DNA of 63,980 bases, filler included, from an uncultured Myxococcia bacterium (GTDB taxonomy: Bacteria > CAZTWC01), in the NCBI GenBank assembly GCA_964617105.1. It is 10 parts of 10 records of this genome, joined end to end, with 100 filler letters (N's around TTAATTAATTAA, not from the genome) between each part and the next. Parts side by side here need not be neighbours in the genome. Positions count along the whole stretch, not along the records: positions 46,286 to 52,722 come from CAZTWC010000224.1; positions 52,823 to 59,191 come from CAZTWC010000225.1; 8 more parts are not named here. One strand, 5' to 3'. A program made the position numbers and the translations under genes. Below are positions 49,493 through 59,291 of this stretch, in pieces. The notes beneath the pieces were generated by a model. That model did not search any database. It was not told the DNA's origin and saw nothing but the letters and a program-made list of their open reading frames with translations. Position 1 is the stretch's first letter; every line of letters starts with the position of its first letter.

Positions 49493-49513
49493 AAGAATTC
49501 GGCTGCATCCCGG

Positions 49514-49540
49514 CTAACCACTCTAACCACTCTAACCACT
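49514..49540. repeat. 9-bp tandem repeat x3 overlapping the selB stop
   Basis: CTAACCACT x3. Confidence 0.85.
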
Positions 49541-51439
49541 CCCCCTTAACACTCTTTTATTGTCTGGTATTCTCAGGGTGACTCTCTGGCGGTCAAAGTA
49601 TTCTGCCAAAGGGATGGAATATTTACGCGAAAGGTTGGTTATTGATTTAAATTCCTGGGTGGTCAGGTATTTATTTTGAGACAGATGCTTTCTAATTTTA
49701 TTTTCAATCTCTTTTAAATGAGCGGGTAAAAAACATAGATGATCGATTATTACTATTTTGCCGTCATTAGTTAATTGACCAGCCAATTGCTTAAGATCTT
49801 TTTCCGGCAACTTAAGAGATTCCATCAATTCTTTCTCGGTTGGAGGCTTATCTTTCCGATTTCCCACCATCTCCAGGATGGAACCAACTACTTTTTTTCC
49901 GCCGGCATTATGTCCAGCCATTCTTAAACCATTATCCTCAAATTCGATTTTTTTTATGGTTTTGAGATGGAATATTGCCAACTCAATCGCTCCGGGCTTG
50001 ATTTTGGAAAATTTGCTGTTGAGTTGATTTTTTTCCATAACCAAAGTGTAGGGATTTTGTTTATGAAAATCAGATAGTTCTTGAAAAATATCGTCAGACA
50101 GTTTTTCCAGATGCCGGTGGTGGATAAAAAAGGAATTTTCTATCTGAAAGATTTTTTGGTCATTTAGTAATTGGGACACCAGGTTTTCTATTTTCTTTTT
50201 GAATAATCTGGTTCTGACCTCTATCTCCAATCTGTTTATACCCTGGAGACCATTTAAATAAACTATCTTTTCAACTCTTTGAACAGAGTGGGGAGATGAT
50301 AGAACCGCTAAACTTTCTTTCTTTTCCTGGCGAAAACGTCGTTTGATTTTTTGGCCCATCGGATCAAGGATAACACCGCCACCAATAGTGTACCCGTGGT
50401 TTTTCCGGGCGGTAAATCCTCTTAGAATAAAGTGTTCACCCGCTAAAGTAACCAGAGGAGGGCTGCATCTCAACTGTACAAAGGCTTTCTGTCCCGGAGA
50501 CATTTGTTGACCTTGTAGCATTAAAACCGTGGCCATTACTTGAGCCGTACCGGTATGTAGCGATAAGGTGGTGCGGTTTTTAATACTCTTGGCAATGGGG
50601 AGTAATTGTAAACGGCAGTCAAGAGTATCTGAGAGAGAGCAGCGCTGGTGGCCGGTTAATACCGCCCCTCGGGTGATAATATTTTTACTGATACCCTGCA
50701 GGTTGACGGCACCCCGTTGTCCTGGCAGGAGCAGGTTAACCGGATCTCCATGATTTTGCAAACCCCTGACTCTTACCGCCAGGTTATGAGGAAGTATATC
50801 CACCAGATCGTTACCAGTTATAGATCCGGATATAACCGTACCGGTTACTACAGTACCAAACCCTTTAATGGTAAAAACCCGGTCAATGGGCATAAAAAAG
50901 ATACCGTCTTGGGGACGTTCCGGCATGGATTGCAAACAAGTAGAAATTTGGGCAATTAAATCATCTTTGCCGTTTCCACTTACGGCGGAGAACTCAACTA
51001 TAGAGGCATCTTTAAGAAATGTAGTTGCAAATTTCTCAATGATTTCCGCCTTAACCATCTCCAGCCATTCTTCATCTACCAGATCGGTTTTGGTAATGAC
51101 AATTATCCCTTTTTTAACCCCCAGCAGTTGGCATATATCCAGATGCTCCATGGTCTGGGGCATTATTCCTTCATCTGCTGCAATGACAAATAATACCAGG
51201 TCTATACCGGATGCTCCGGCGACCATATTGCGGACAAATTTTTCGTGACCAGGAACATCCACAATACTAAGGCAAATATCTTTGTCAAGTTGGGCATGAG
51301 CATAACCCAGGTCGATGGTGATACCCCGTTTCTGCTCTTCAGCCAGCCGGTCGGTGTTTATCCCGGTAATAGTTTTTACCATGGCGGTTTTGCCATGATC
51401 AATGTGTCCGGCAGTGCCGATAACAACTCTTTTTTTCAT
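49532..51439 (-). CDS. selB: Selenocysteine-specific elongation factor
   Basis: GTAGHIDHGKT, EEQKRGITIDLGY, DVPGHEKFV, C-terminal LSRKYSIPLAEYFD. Confidence 0.96.
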   Translation of the reverse strand: MKKRVVIGTAGHIDHGKTAMVKTITGINTDRLAEEQKRGITIDLGYAHAQLDKDICLSIVDVPGHEKFVRNMVAGASGIDLVLFVIAADEGIMPQTMEHLDICQLLGVKKGIIVITKTDLVDEEWLEMVKAEIIEKFATTFLKDASIVEFSAVSGNGKDDLIAQISTCLQSMPERPQDGIFFMPIDRVFTIKGFGTVVTGTVISGSITGNDLVDILPHNLAVRVRGLQNHGDPVNLLLPGQRGAVNLQGISKNIITRGAVLTGHQRCSLSDTLDCRLQLLPIAKSIKNRTTLSLHTGTAQVMATVLMLQGQQMSPGQKAFVQLRCSPPLVTLAGEHFILRGFTARKNHGYTIGGGVILDPMGQKIKRRFRQEKKESLAVLSSPHSVQRVEKIVYLNGLQGINRLEIEVRTRLFKKKIENLVSQLLNDQKIFQIENSFFIHHRHLEKLSDDIFQELSDFHKQNPYTLVMEKNQLNSKFSKIKPGAIELAIFHLKTIKKIEFEDNGLRMAGHNAGGKKVVGSILEMVGNRKDKPPTEKELMESLKLPEKDLKQLAGQLTNDGKIVIIDHLCFLPAHLKEIENKIRKHLSQNKYLTTQEFKSITNLSRKYSIPLAEYFDRQRVTLRIPDNKRVLRGSG

Positions 51440-52275
51440 AAAACCGATATTAAAAACTTAAAATTTTTAACCTCTTTTTCAATAGTGTAAGTTATGTATT
51501 GATTAAAGGTGTAAAGAAAAGGAAAAAAAATATTCTGGTTGTCTTGCCAACAATTTTCCAGAAATTCTATGGCTTTTGTCCAAAATTGACCTAAGCGGTC
51601 TCTATCGGATTGTTCAAACAAGTTCAAAGATTGTATATCAAAGCAAAAAGAGATACTTTTGTTGATAGCCAGCAAAAGATCTCCCGGCAGAGTATATTTG
51701 CTGGCAGATGGAGAGGGCTCGCACCATCTGCAAAGGATACCACCAGAAGATGGCTGCAAATAGTATGTATGCCCGCAATTAACAGGAGTTTTACAGGACA
51801 GGCAGATGTCCATGTTGGGAGATACGCCGCTATGGATCAAAAGGGATACCATAGAAAAAGCCAAGATGGATTCAATTTTAAACCCGTTTTCCAATAGAAT
51901 ATAGGCGGCAAACAGGGAGGTGAAAATATCCTGACATGGCAGTGATTCATGAGTAAATTCTTTGGTTATTTCGGTCAGATATGCGGCAACCGCTATTCGG
52001 TTAATGTGGCTTCTTATTTTTTTATTAATCCATACATAGTTGGCGTTATGCAGCCGGACCAGGTTTGATTTACTTCGGGAGGCCAACTCTACGTTCAATA
52101 GGTTAAAAGGCTCAAAACAACCGGCAAACCTTTTACGGCTCTGGCGAGCCCCCAGGGCAATTGCCGAACGGACGCCATCTTTCCAGGTCAACAGGTTTAT
52201 GATTTTATGGTTATCGCCATAATTTACTGAATTGAGCAAAAATGCCCTGGTAGAAATATTATCTTCTTTCATCAA
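51436..52275 (-). CDS. recO: DNA repair protein RecO
   Basis: YGDNHKII, ALGARQSRKRF..FEPF, CLSC..CRWC. Confidence 0.88.
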   Translation of the reverse strand: MMKEDNISTRAFLLNSVNYGDNHKIINLLTWKDGVRSAIALGARQSRKRFAGCFEPFNLLNVELASRSKSNLVRLHNANYVWINKKIRSHINRIAVAAYLTEITKEFTHESLPCQDIFTSLFAAYILLENGFKIESILAFSMVSLLIHSGVSPNMDICLSCKTPVNCGHTYYLQPSSGGILCRWCEPSPSASKYTLPGDLLLAINKSISFCFDIQSLNLFEQSDRDRLGQFWTKAIEFLENCWQDNQNIFFPFLYTFNQYITYTIEKEVKNFKFLISVL

Positions 52276-52722
52276 GTTAAAAAAAGCACCGCCAGATTGA
52301 GGTAGATAAGCACCCCGATTATATCAATTAAAGTTGAAACAAAAGGTCCGGAAGCAATGGTTGGGTCGAAATTGAATCTGGCAAAACAGACCGGTAAAAC
52401 TGAGCCTATTAAAGAGGAAAAGATCATTGACACCATCATTGATAATCCTACCAGCAATCCGGTTAGAGATGAGTTGGTCATTTGCAAATGTCCAAAAATG
52501 CCGAGCATCAGACCATATACTAATCCTAAAATACTGCTAATAACTAACTGCTTGCCTAAAACTTTTGGCAACTGTCCGATAATCCTACCAGTGGAAAGGC
52601 CACGAATAACCATGGTGCTCGATTGGGCGGCGATATTACCACCCATACCAATAATAACCGGGATAAAAGCGGCTAAAAATGGCATAACCCGAATATATTT
52701 TTCATAATCCATTATGATAAAA
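52272..52722 (-). CDS. mgtE: Magnesium transporter MgtE, C-terminal part
   Basis: FIPVIIGMGGN..QSST..RGL; DPTIASGPFVSTLID. Confidence 0.9.
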
Positions 52723-52822
52723 NNNNNNNNNNNNNNNNNNNNNNNNNNNNNNNNNNNNNNNNNNNNTTAATTAATTAANNNNNNNNNNNNNNNNNNNNNN
52801 NNNNNNNNNNNNNNNNNNNNNN

Positions 52823-53113
52823 GACTGGTTGTTGGGATTGAATTTATATTTTACCTCCCATTGGTCAAAAAACTTGTCATGGTCGGTATCGCAATCACGA
52901 GGATTAGTGCCTAACAACTCCTCCTGTAGATTGGGCAGACCATCGCCGTCCAGATCGGTGTCAGACCGTCCAGTTTCAGGACAATATTCAGGAATGGCAG
53001 GCGGGGGAGGATTTTCCGAAGATTGGGCAAAGGAAAAAGAAAAATACAAAAAATATTGTACCATTGACAAGACAAAAATGCCATAGATAGAAAAAGAAAT
53101 ATAATACCGCATA
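52823..53113 (-). CDS. Secreted protein with Ca-binding DxDxDG repeats, 3' truncated
   Basis: DLDGDGL..EE..GTNP..DTDHD. Confidence 0.65.
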
Positions 53114-53125
53114 ATATAAGTCAAT

Positions 53126-53177
53126 TTAAGCGCAAAAAGAATTTCCGGCATTTTTACCGAATGAATGCCGAGTCAAC
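53126..53177 (+). repeat. Dispersed palindromic repeat, copy G (expanded loop)
   Basis: TTAAGCGCAAAAAGAATTTCCGGCATTTTTACCGAATGAATGCCGAGTCAAC. Confidence 0.6.
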
Positions 53178-53254
53178 ATATTAACATTAATGTAATTATA
53201 ACCTAGTCAAGAATATCATACTGATTTAAATATGCAAAAAATAATCACCATTAA

Positions 53255-53629
53255 TCAATCGTCAGATTTTCGTTCAGGCTTTAATTTAAATAAAATTCCC
53301 TTGAGTTCCTGACCGTAATTGGTGGCGCTCAGTTTTGCCATGATCTCCGCTTTCCGCAAGGTCAGTTCGGTCATAACCATACTGTTCTCAACCCCGATAA
53401 TAAGTTTGCCCCGTTTAACTTTTATGGGCCAGCAATCCTGATCCAGATTGTTTTCGATAATCTGAGGCCATTTATCCAGCAGTTCGAGCAACTTGATATC
53501 TTTTTCTAATTCCAGGTCTTTAACCAGTTTGTTAACCAACTGACCAATTAATTTCATAAAAAAACTTTCCCGGCTGAGAGGTTTATGATATTTTAGAAAA
53601 TTATCATATATGATGGATGGGTTATGCAA
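53255..53629 (-). CDS. DUF721/DciA family protein
   Basis: WPQII, GKLIIGVENS, ELTLRKAEI; start probably ~53557. Confidence 0.75.
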   Translation of the reverse strand: MHNPSIIYDNFLKYHKPLSRESFFMKLIGQLVNKLVKDLELEKDIKLLELLDKWPQIIENNLDQDCWPIKVKRGKLIIGVENSMVMTELTLRKAEIMAKLSATNYGQELKGILFKLKPERKSDD

Positions 53630-54688
53630 GCAAAAACTTTAAAATCTCCTCAAATAATGCTGGGATTTTCAATTATAATATTTTTTATCCTGGATCTCCT
53701 GTTCAACTTTTTGAACTGGAAGAATCATCAACGTCTGTTTCTCTACGAAATATACCTGGCTCTTAATTTCCTTATTCCGGCTATGCTGTTTGCTCTGGGC
53801 ATTAAAGTCGATATTTGGATACTGAGACAAAAAGGGATTAAGATTACCCACATTCTTCCTCTGGTGCTTATTTTTATCCTGGGAAGCATATCTTACAATT
53901 TTGTTTACGATTATCCCTTTTTCTATGCCAATTCCATGTTGTTTCTCGCCATCACCCTGCTGCTGCTCTATTTTTGCATAAAATTTTCCAGCCCGGTCTT
54001 GCTACTACTGCTTGCTCTGGAAATATTACTGATCTCCGTAATAATTACCGAAATGGGACAAAAATTCCCGCTGTCTCATACTCTTAAAACTCCTTTTATT
54101 CCCCTGCCTGGAAAAAATAACTTTCCTTTTTTCCCTCTGTTTGCCTTTCCCCTGATCGGTACTGTAGTGCATAGGATTCAACTGTGGGCTCATCAGCAAA
54201 AGGAACAAAAAAGGGTTCTCTGGAGCCTTTTTGTAATCGCCAGCCTTCTGTTTGGTATCTCTATATCTTTCCAAACAGAAATACTACCCAAATGGTATCT
54301 GTTGCCAGATGTTAAGCAGAACAATTTTATGTCCGATGGTTTTTTGCTCCTATGGGGGTTTGATTTCCACAATATGTCTTTTTTTAAAGGGTTGGAACAT
54401 CTTTCTAAAAGCATGCTGGTTTACCTGTTTATTTACTGCTTTTTCGATTACCTGAAAGTTGCGATCAAAATAGAACAAATATTTCTTACCATAGGCTCAG
54501 CCGCCCTTTTCTTCTGGTGGTTTGGGTCATTATTTACCCGAATCATATTGCATGAAATTTACCGATCAATTCATAATGTAAGTTTAGGCACTACTCTGAT
54601 TTTTGTTCTGGTGGGTCTGGTAACATTTTATCTTCTGGCCAAACCGCTTAAAAAAGCCAAACAACTTTTAAAAGTCGATATCCTATGA
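53624..54688 (+). CDS. Polytopic membrane protein (DUF1624-like)
   Basis: Many TM segments; FPFFP..FPLIG. Confidence 0.55.
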   Translation: MQAKTLKSPQIMLGFSIIIFFILDLLFNFLNWKNHQRLFLYEIYLALNFLIPAMLFALGIKVDIWILRQKGIKITHILPLVLIFILGSISYNFVYDYPFFYANSMLFLAITLLLLYFCIKFSSPVLLLLLALEILLISVIITEMGQKFPLSHTLKTPFIPLPGKNNFPFFPLFAFPLIGTVVHRIQLWAHQQKEQKRVLWSLFVIASLLFGISISFQTEILPKWYLLPDVKQNNFMSDGFLLLWGFDFHNMSFFKGLEHLSKSMLVYLFIYCFFDYLKVAIKIEQIFLTIGSAALFFWWFGSLFTRIILHEIYRSIHNVSLGTTLIFVLVGLVTFYLLAKPLKKAKQLLKVDIL

Positions 54689-55415
54689 AACCTTTATTTT
54701 TATTAGGCCCATTGCTGGCTAACACATCTCCTACCAATATGATATAATCCAGATTGTTACTCACTCCGGTCCAGTAGTTTTTTTGGTTCTAATGGTTCTC
54801 TTACTGTTCTCGGTGGTCAGTTGGGCCATAATCATATACAAATGGCGGGTCTTAAACCGGGCTCAAAAACAGTCAGCCAAATTTTTGGAGATATTCTGGC
54901 AGTCAAAAAAACTAGACGTGATTTTTCAAGAATGTGAAGATATACACTCCAGTCCTATTTGCCAACTGTTTCGAACTGGCTATACTGAGTTGAAAAAACT
55001 CAAACGTGATGATATCTCCCATTCTGACACCATGCATCATGCCCTGGGCAGTTTGGAAAATGTAAACCGCTCTTTACGCCGGGCCATAACCACTCAGATT
55101 ACTTATCTGGAAAGTTTAGTTCCTTTTTTAGCTACTACCGGTTCCACCTCCCCTTTTATCGGATTATTTGGAACTGTTATCGGCATTATGAAATCTTTCC
55201 ACCAGATTGGGGTAAAAGGTTCAGCCAATCTGGCTACCGTTGCGCCGGGAATATCGGAAGCCTTAATCGCCACAGCGGTTGGGCTAGGTGCCGCTATACC
55301 TGCTGTTGTGGCGTACAACTATTTTTTAAGCAAAATAAAAGTGCTGGATAACGAGATGGAAACCTTTTCTAACGATTTCTTAAATATTATCAAACGCCAT
55401 TTTCTCAAATCATAA
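54685..55415 (+). CDS. tolQ: TolQ, apparent 1-nt frameshift near 54741
   Basis: SVVSWAII, FLATTGSTSPFIGLFGTVIGIM, VAPGISEALIATA. Confidence 0.9.
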
Positions 55416-55452
55416 AACCATATATAATATTTGATGTCCCCAGGAGGTCAGC

Positions 55453-55875
55453 ATGGCTTTTTCCGGTTCCAAAGGTACCAACAGCACCATGTCGGATATA
55501 AACGTCACCCCTTTTGTGGATGTGATGCTGGTTTTGCTAATAATCTTTATGGTTACCGCACCCTTGATTCAGCAAGGCTTTGAGTCAAATATTCAAACTC
55601 CTAAAGCGGTGGCAAATCAATTCCATGAAAAAGATCAAACTCTGGAGTTGTTAATTGATGCCCAAAAGAAAATATTTATTGGTAAACGAGAGATCTCTTT
55701 TAAAGATTTAAAGGAAAAACTGGCTACCAACCAAAAATTAAAAAAGGAGAAAAAAATAAATATCCGGGCTGATCAAAGGCTCTCTTACGGATTTGTGGTA
55801 AAAGTGCTGGAGATCGTAAACAATGCAGGTATAGAACAGTTTGGACTGATAGCTGATTTACCTGAAAAAGGATAG
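55453..55875 (+). CDS. tolR: TolR/ExbD
   Basis: INVTPFVDVMLVLLIIFMVTAP; IRAD. Confidence 0.92.
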   Translation: MAFSGSKGTNSTMSDINVTPFVDVMLVLLIIFMVTAPLIQQGFESNIQTPKAVANQFHEKDQTLELLIDAQKKIFIGKREISFKDLKEKLATNQKLKKEKKINIRADQRLSYGFVVKVLEIVNNAGIEQFGLIADLPEKG

Positions 55876-55888
55876 GAAAACAAGAAAA

Positions 55889-56722
55889 TTGACTGCTAAA
55901 CAGGCCTGGGAACAATATAACTATTTGTCGGGACACCGGCAATACGGACTTTGGGCGATTATCCTGATCTCGCTGGTTCTCCACGGCGCTATGCTGGTAG
56001 GTATGGTCACCTACAGCCGGTGGGCCAATAGCGCTACCCCCATCTCCAAAAAAATAATCACCACCAAATTGGTTCGAAAAGGAAAACCAAGAGATAAACG
56101 GTTGTTGCCTCAAATACCCACTGCTCCAAAACTGACCCCCAAAACTCAGAAAGCGGTCTCAATAACCAAAAAAAAGCCTACGAAGAAAAAACCGGCCGTN
56201 NNNNNNNNNNNNNNNNNNNNNNNNNNNNNNNNNNNNNNNNNNNNNNNTGCCAAAAGAAAAAAGGAGGAGAAAAAGAAGAAAACACAACGCCGGCAAGAAG
56301 AGCAGGAAAAACGCCGGCAAGATATGAACAAATTCATAAACAATATTCGCAAGCAGGTTAAAATAAAGCGGGAGGCTGAGGGAAAACAGGACGGAAGTCC
56401 AGAAGGAAATTTGACTTCTGAGCAGAAAGAGATTATAGGTAATATTTATCTGACCAAGTTACGAAATAAAATCCTGGCCAATTATACTTTGCCCAAGATT
56501 ATTACTGCCCAGGAGAAACTCTATTTAACCGCTGAAGTGATTTTATACCTGGATAGTCGGGGCAATGTGATTAACATCGTTTTTCACAAAACGTCAGATA
56601 ATAAACATTTTAACAATGCCCTGATAAGCGCCATTAAAAACTCTGAACCCTTCCCGCCGCCACCTACTGAATTGGTGGGAATCTTCAGAAAAGAGGGTGC
56701 GTTGATTAATTTCAAGCCATAA
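55889..56722 (+). CDS. tolA: TolA/TonB-like protein (internal N gap 56200-56247)
   Basis: SxxxH TM motif (SLVLH), Lys-rich linker, PFPPPP; between tolR and tolB. Confidence 0.8.
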   Translation: MTAKQAWEQYNYLSGHRQYGLWAIILISLVLHGAMLVGMVTYSRWANSATPISKKIITTKLVRKGKPRDKRLLPQIPTAPKLTPKTQKAVSITKKKPTKKKPAXXXXXXXXXXXXXXXXXAKRKKEEKKKKTQRRQEEQEKRRQDMNKFINNIRKQVKIKREAEGKQDGSPEGNLTSEQKEIIGNIYLTKLRNKILANYTLPKIITAQEKLYLTAEVILYLDSRGNVINIVFHKTSDNKHFNNALISAIKNSEPFPPPPTELVGIFRKEGALINFKP

Positions 56723-56773
56723 TTTGGAATTAAAATCAGATGTTAGGGGCGGTGAAAAGGAAATAAAGTATTT

Positions 56774-58099
56774 ATGCGATATTTTAAATCTATAACCGGG
56801 TTGACTTTACTGCTTTTGTGGCTGGTGGGGATCTCCCACGCCGACCGGCCCAGAATTGAGATAGAAGGGGCAAACTTTGTCCCCCTCCCTTTGGCGGTGC
56901 CATACCTTAAAAATCTCAATCCCAAAGATAAAAAGCACCGAGGACTGGGTCAGGTATTAACCAACATTATTACCAACGATTTAAAGTTTTCCTCGGTATT
57001 CAATCTGCTGAACCGCAAATCTTTTTTAGCCGATTTGGCCAAAGAGGGGTTGACCGCCAAAAGCATCAATTTCCAGAACTGGCTTAACGTGGGAGCCCAG
57101 GCTTTAATTAAGGGCGGCTATTCGGTTCATAAAAATGGAATCAAAATCGAGTTGAAATTGTTCGATGTGGCCCAGGAAAAAGAGATATTTAGGAGCAATC
57201 TGGAAGGAAAGGTCAAGGAACACCGTAAATTGATCCATTGTTTCTGCAACCAGATAATTAAGTTTTATACCCACGTTCCCGGTGTATTTACCACCAAAAT
57301 AACCTATATAAAAAAACTGGGCGGTTTTCAAAATCTTTGGATGATGGACTATGACGGCCACCACCAAACCAGGTTGACCAACAACCGGGCCATCAACTTG
57401 CTGCCGGCCTGGAATCCCATAGGCGCCGACATAATCTTTACCTCCTTCATCCGGCACAAGCCTGAACTGTTTAATATAAATCTGCTCTCAAATAAAATGA
57501 AAATGTTAAGCGGCTGGCCGGGCTTGAATATCGGCGCCGCCTATTCACCTGATGGGAAAAAAATAGCCCTGACCCTATCCAAGGACGGCAACAGCGAGAT
57601 CTATGTGATGGATTCCAGTGGTAAAAATCTCAAACGTTTGACCAAAAACTGGGGAATAGATAGTTCCGCCACCTGGTCGCCAGATGGGAAAAAGATCAGT
57701 TTTGTTTCCAGCCGCTCCGGCAACCCCCATATTTATATGATGGACGCTAACGGAAAAAATCCCAAACGGCTAACTTTCAAAGGTAAGTATAACCAAACCC
57801 CTGATTGGAGCCCCAGGGGTGACCGAATAGTACTTACCGCCAGAGACGAACGCAATGTGTTCGATATTTTTTCCATCAATTTAACTACTATGGAGATCCG
57901 CCGGTTAACCCAGGACCAGGGCAACAACGAGGAACCTTCCTGGTCACCGGATGGTTTGCACATAGCCTTTACCTCAACCCGTGACGGAGAATCCAAGATT
58001 TACCTGATGGACTACAACGGCGATAACCAGAGGCGAATAACTCACCAGCGGGGAGAATACCTGACTCCCGACTGGTCCAATTGGTGGGAAAAAAAATAA
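56774..58099 (+). CDS. tolB: TolB
   Basis: TolB_N then repeated SPDG propeller units. Confidence 0.93.
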   Translation: MRYFKSITGLTLLLLWLVGISHADRPRIEIEGANFVPLPLAVPYLKNLNPKDKKHRGLGQVLTNIITNDLKFSSVFNLLNRKSFLADLAKEGLTAKSINFQNWLNVGAQALIKGGYSVHKNGIKIELKLFDVAQEKEIFRSNLEGKVKEHRKLIHCFCNQIIKFYTHVPGVFTTKITYIKKLGGFQNLWMMDYDGHHQTRLTNNRAINLLPAWNPIGADIIFTSFIRHKPELFNINLLSNKMKMLSGWPGLNIGAAYSPDGKKIALTLSKDGNSEIYVMDSSGKNLKRLTKNWGIDSSATWSPDGKKISFVSSRSGNPHIYMMDANGKNPKRLTFKGKYNQTPDWSPRGDRIVLTARDERNVFDIFSINLTTMEIRRLTQDQGNNEEPSWSPDGLHIAFTSTRDGESKIYLMDYNGDNQRRITHQRGEYLTPDWSNWWEKK

Positions 58100-58137
58100 A
58101 CATCTTACTATAAGTACTCCAGGTTGAAAATATAACT

Positions 58138-58905
58138 ATGATTAATAACGAAAAGAATACCCGCTATTTTAATGCCGGGTTGAAACACTGTATTATCTTA
58201 ATATCAGCTTTTATTTTCCATTTCGGCTGTGCCAAAAACATACCCGAAATGGAGTTGCTGGCGGCTAAAAATGCCATTTTAGACGCCCGGGAGAAAAAAG
58301 CCGACAAATGTGCTTCTGAAGATTATACCCTGGCTCTACAAGAGTATAAAAAAGCCCGGGAACAGATGAAGGCAGAAAAATATGAAGAGGCCAAAATATC
58401 TGCCCTCACCGCCGCTAAGTTAGCCAAACTGGCCGCTAATGCCAGTTTGTCCCGTAAAGATGAGTGTGAACACTATCTGCGTTCTCTGGCCGAAAATGCC
58501 GCTATGCTTGGCGAAAAGGCTGGTGGAGAATCGGATAAAGCAACCATTCTGGAAATATCTACTCCACTCTTTAGTTTTCCGGTTATCTATTTTGATTATA
58601 ACCAACACGAAATCTCTGAACGCGATCAGAAACTATTGGAAGAAACTGGAAAATATATCAAACGGCATCCAGAGGTGAGAGTAACCGCCATCGGCCATTG
58701 CGACAAGCGGGGCAGCACTGAGTTTAATCTGGCCCTGGGAGAAAAGAGAGCCCGGGCGGTTAAAAAATTCCTGGTTAACCAGGGGGTCAACCCCCATCGA
58801 ATCGATATGGTATCTTATGGTGAGGAAAAACTGCTGGAGCGAGGCGATAGCGAGGATGCTCACGCCACTAACCGCCGGGTGGAATTCAAAGTGGAGGAGT
58901 ATTAA
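58138..58905 (+). CDS. pal: Pal/OmpA-like lipoprotein with N-terminal helical domain
   Basis: FGC lipobox; IYFDY, GHCDKRGSTEFNLALGEKRA, SYGEE, NRRVEF. Confidence 0.88.
   Translation: MINNEKNTRYFNAGLKHCIILISAFIFHFGCAKNIPEMELLAAKNAILDAREKKADKCASEDYTLALQEYKKAREQMKAEKYEEAKISALTAAKLAKLAANASLSRKDECEHYLRSLAENAAMLGEKAGGESDKATILEISTPLFSFPVIYFDYNQHEISERDQKLLEETGKYIKRHPEVRVTAIGHCDKRGSTEFNLALGEKRARAVKKFLVNQGVNPHRIDMVSYGEEKLLERGDSEDAHATNRRVEFKVEEY
58142..58185 (+). repeat. Dispersed palindromic repeat, copy F, at the 5' end of pal
   Basis: TTAATAACGAAAAGAATACCCGCTATTTTAATGCCGGGTTGAAA. Confidence 0.85.
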
Positions 58906-58914
58906 ATAGTATTC

Positions 58915-59191
58915 CTACAGCACCAGCACCTTTCCATAGGATAGCGCCAACCCCCATAGCCAACTGTGGCCTAAGGTCAAATTTTCTTCCTGCCCCTTAA
59001 ATAAAAACAGATCAGCAAAAATTTTGAACGACAGTCCGGCTTTGGAGAGAGGCAGCAACAGAGAAGTTCGATTGGCCATAGTATACTTGAACCGGTTGGC
59101 CGCCGGTTTTTTAACCGGAAAGTAATAGAGCCACTGGAGATGATTTTCCAGGCGCATTTGATCCCACTGACGGGAAAGAAGCAGGCCCCCC
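58915..59191 (-). CDS. Hypothetical protein, C-terminal fragment
   Basis: ORF reaching toward the contig end; beta-strand-like pattern. Confidence 0.45.
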
Positions 59192-59291
59192 NNNNNNNNN
59201 NNNNNNNNNNNNNNNNNNNNNNNNNNNNNNNNNNNTTAATTAATTAANNNNNNNNNNNNNNNNNNNNNNNNNNNNNNNNNNNNNNNNNNNN

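Noticed and set aside
7258-58185. The 44-bp repeat as CRISPR repeats or portable promoters (ends in TTGACA)
   Set aside because: Copies are isolated with no spacers or cas genes; no good -10 box at 16-18 nt in copies A, B or D.
6631-59291. Regularly spaced TTAATTAATTAA inside N runs
   Set aside because: Artificial six-frame-stop spacers, not biology. ORFs running into them are truncated and cross-spacer neighbourhoods are invalid.
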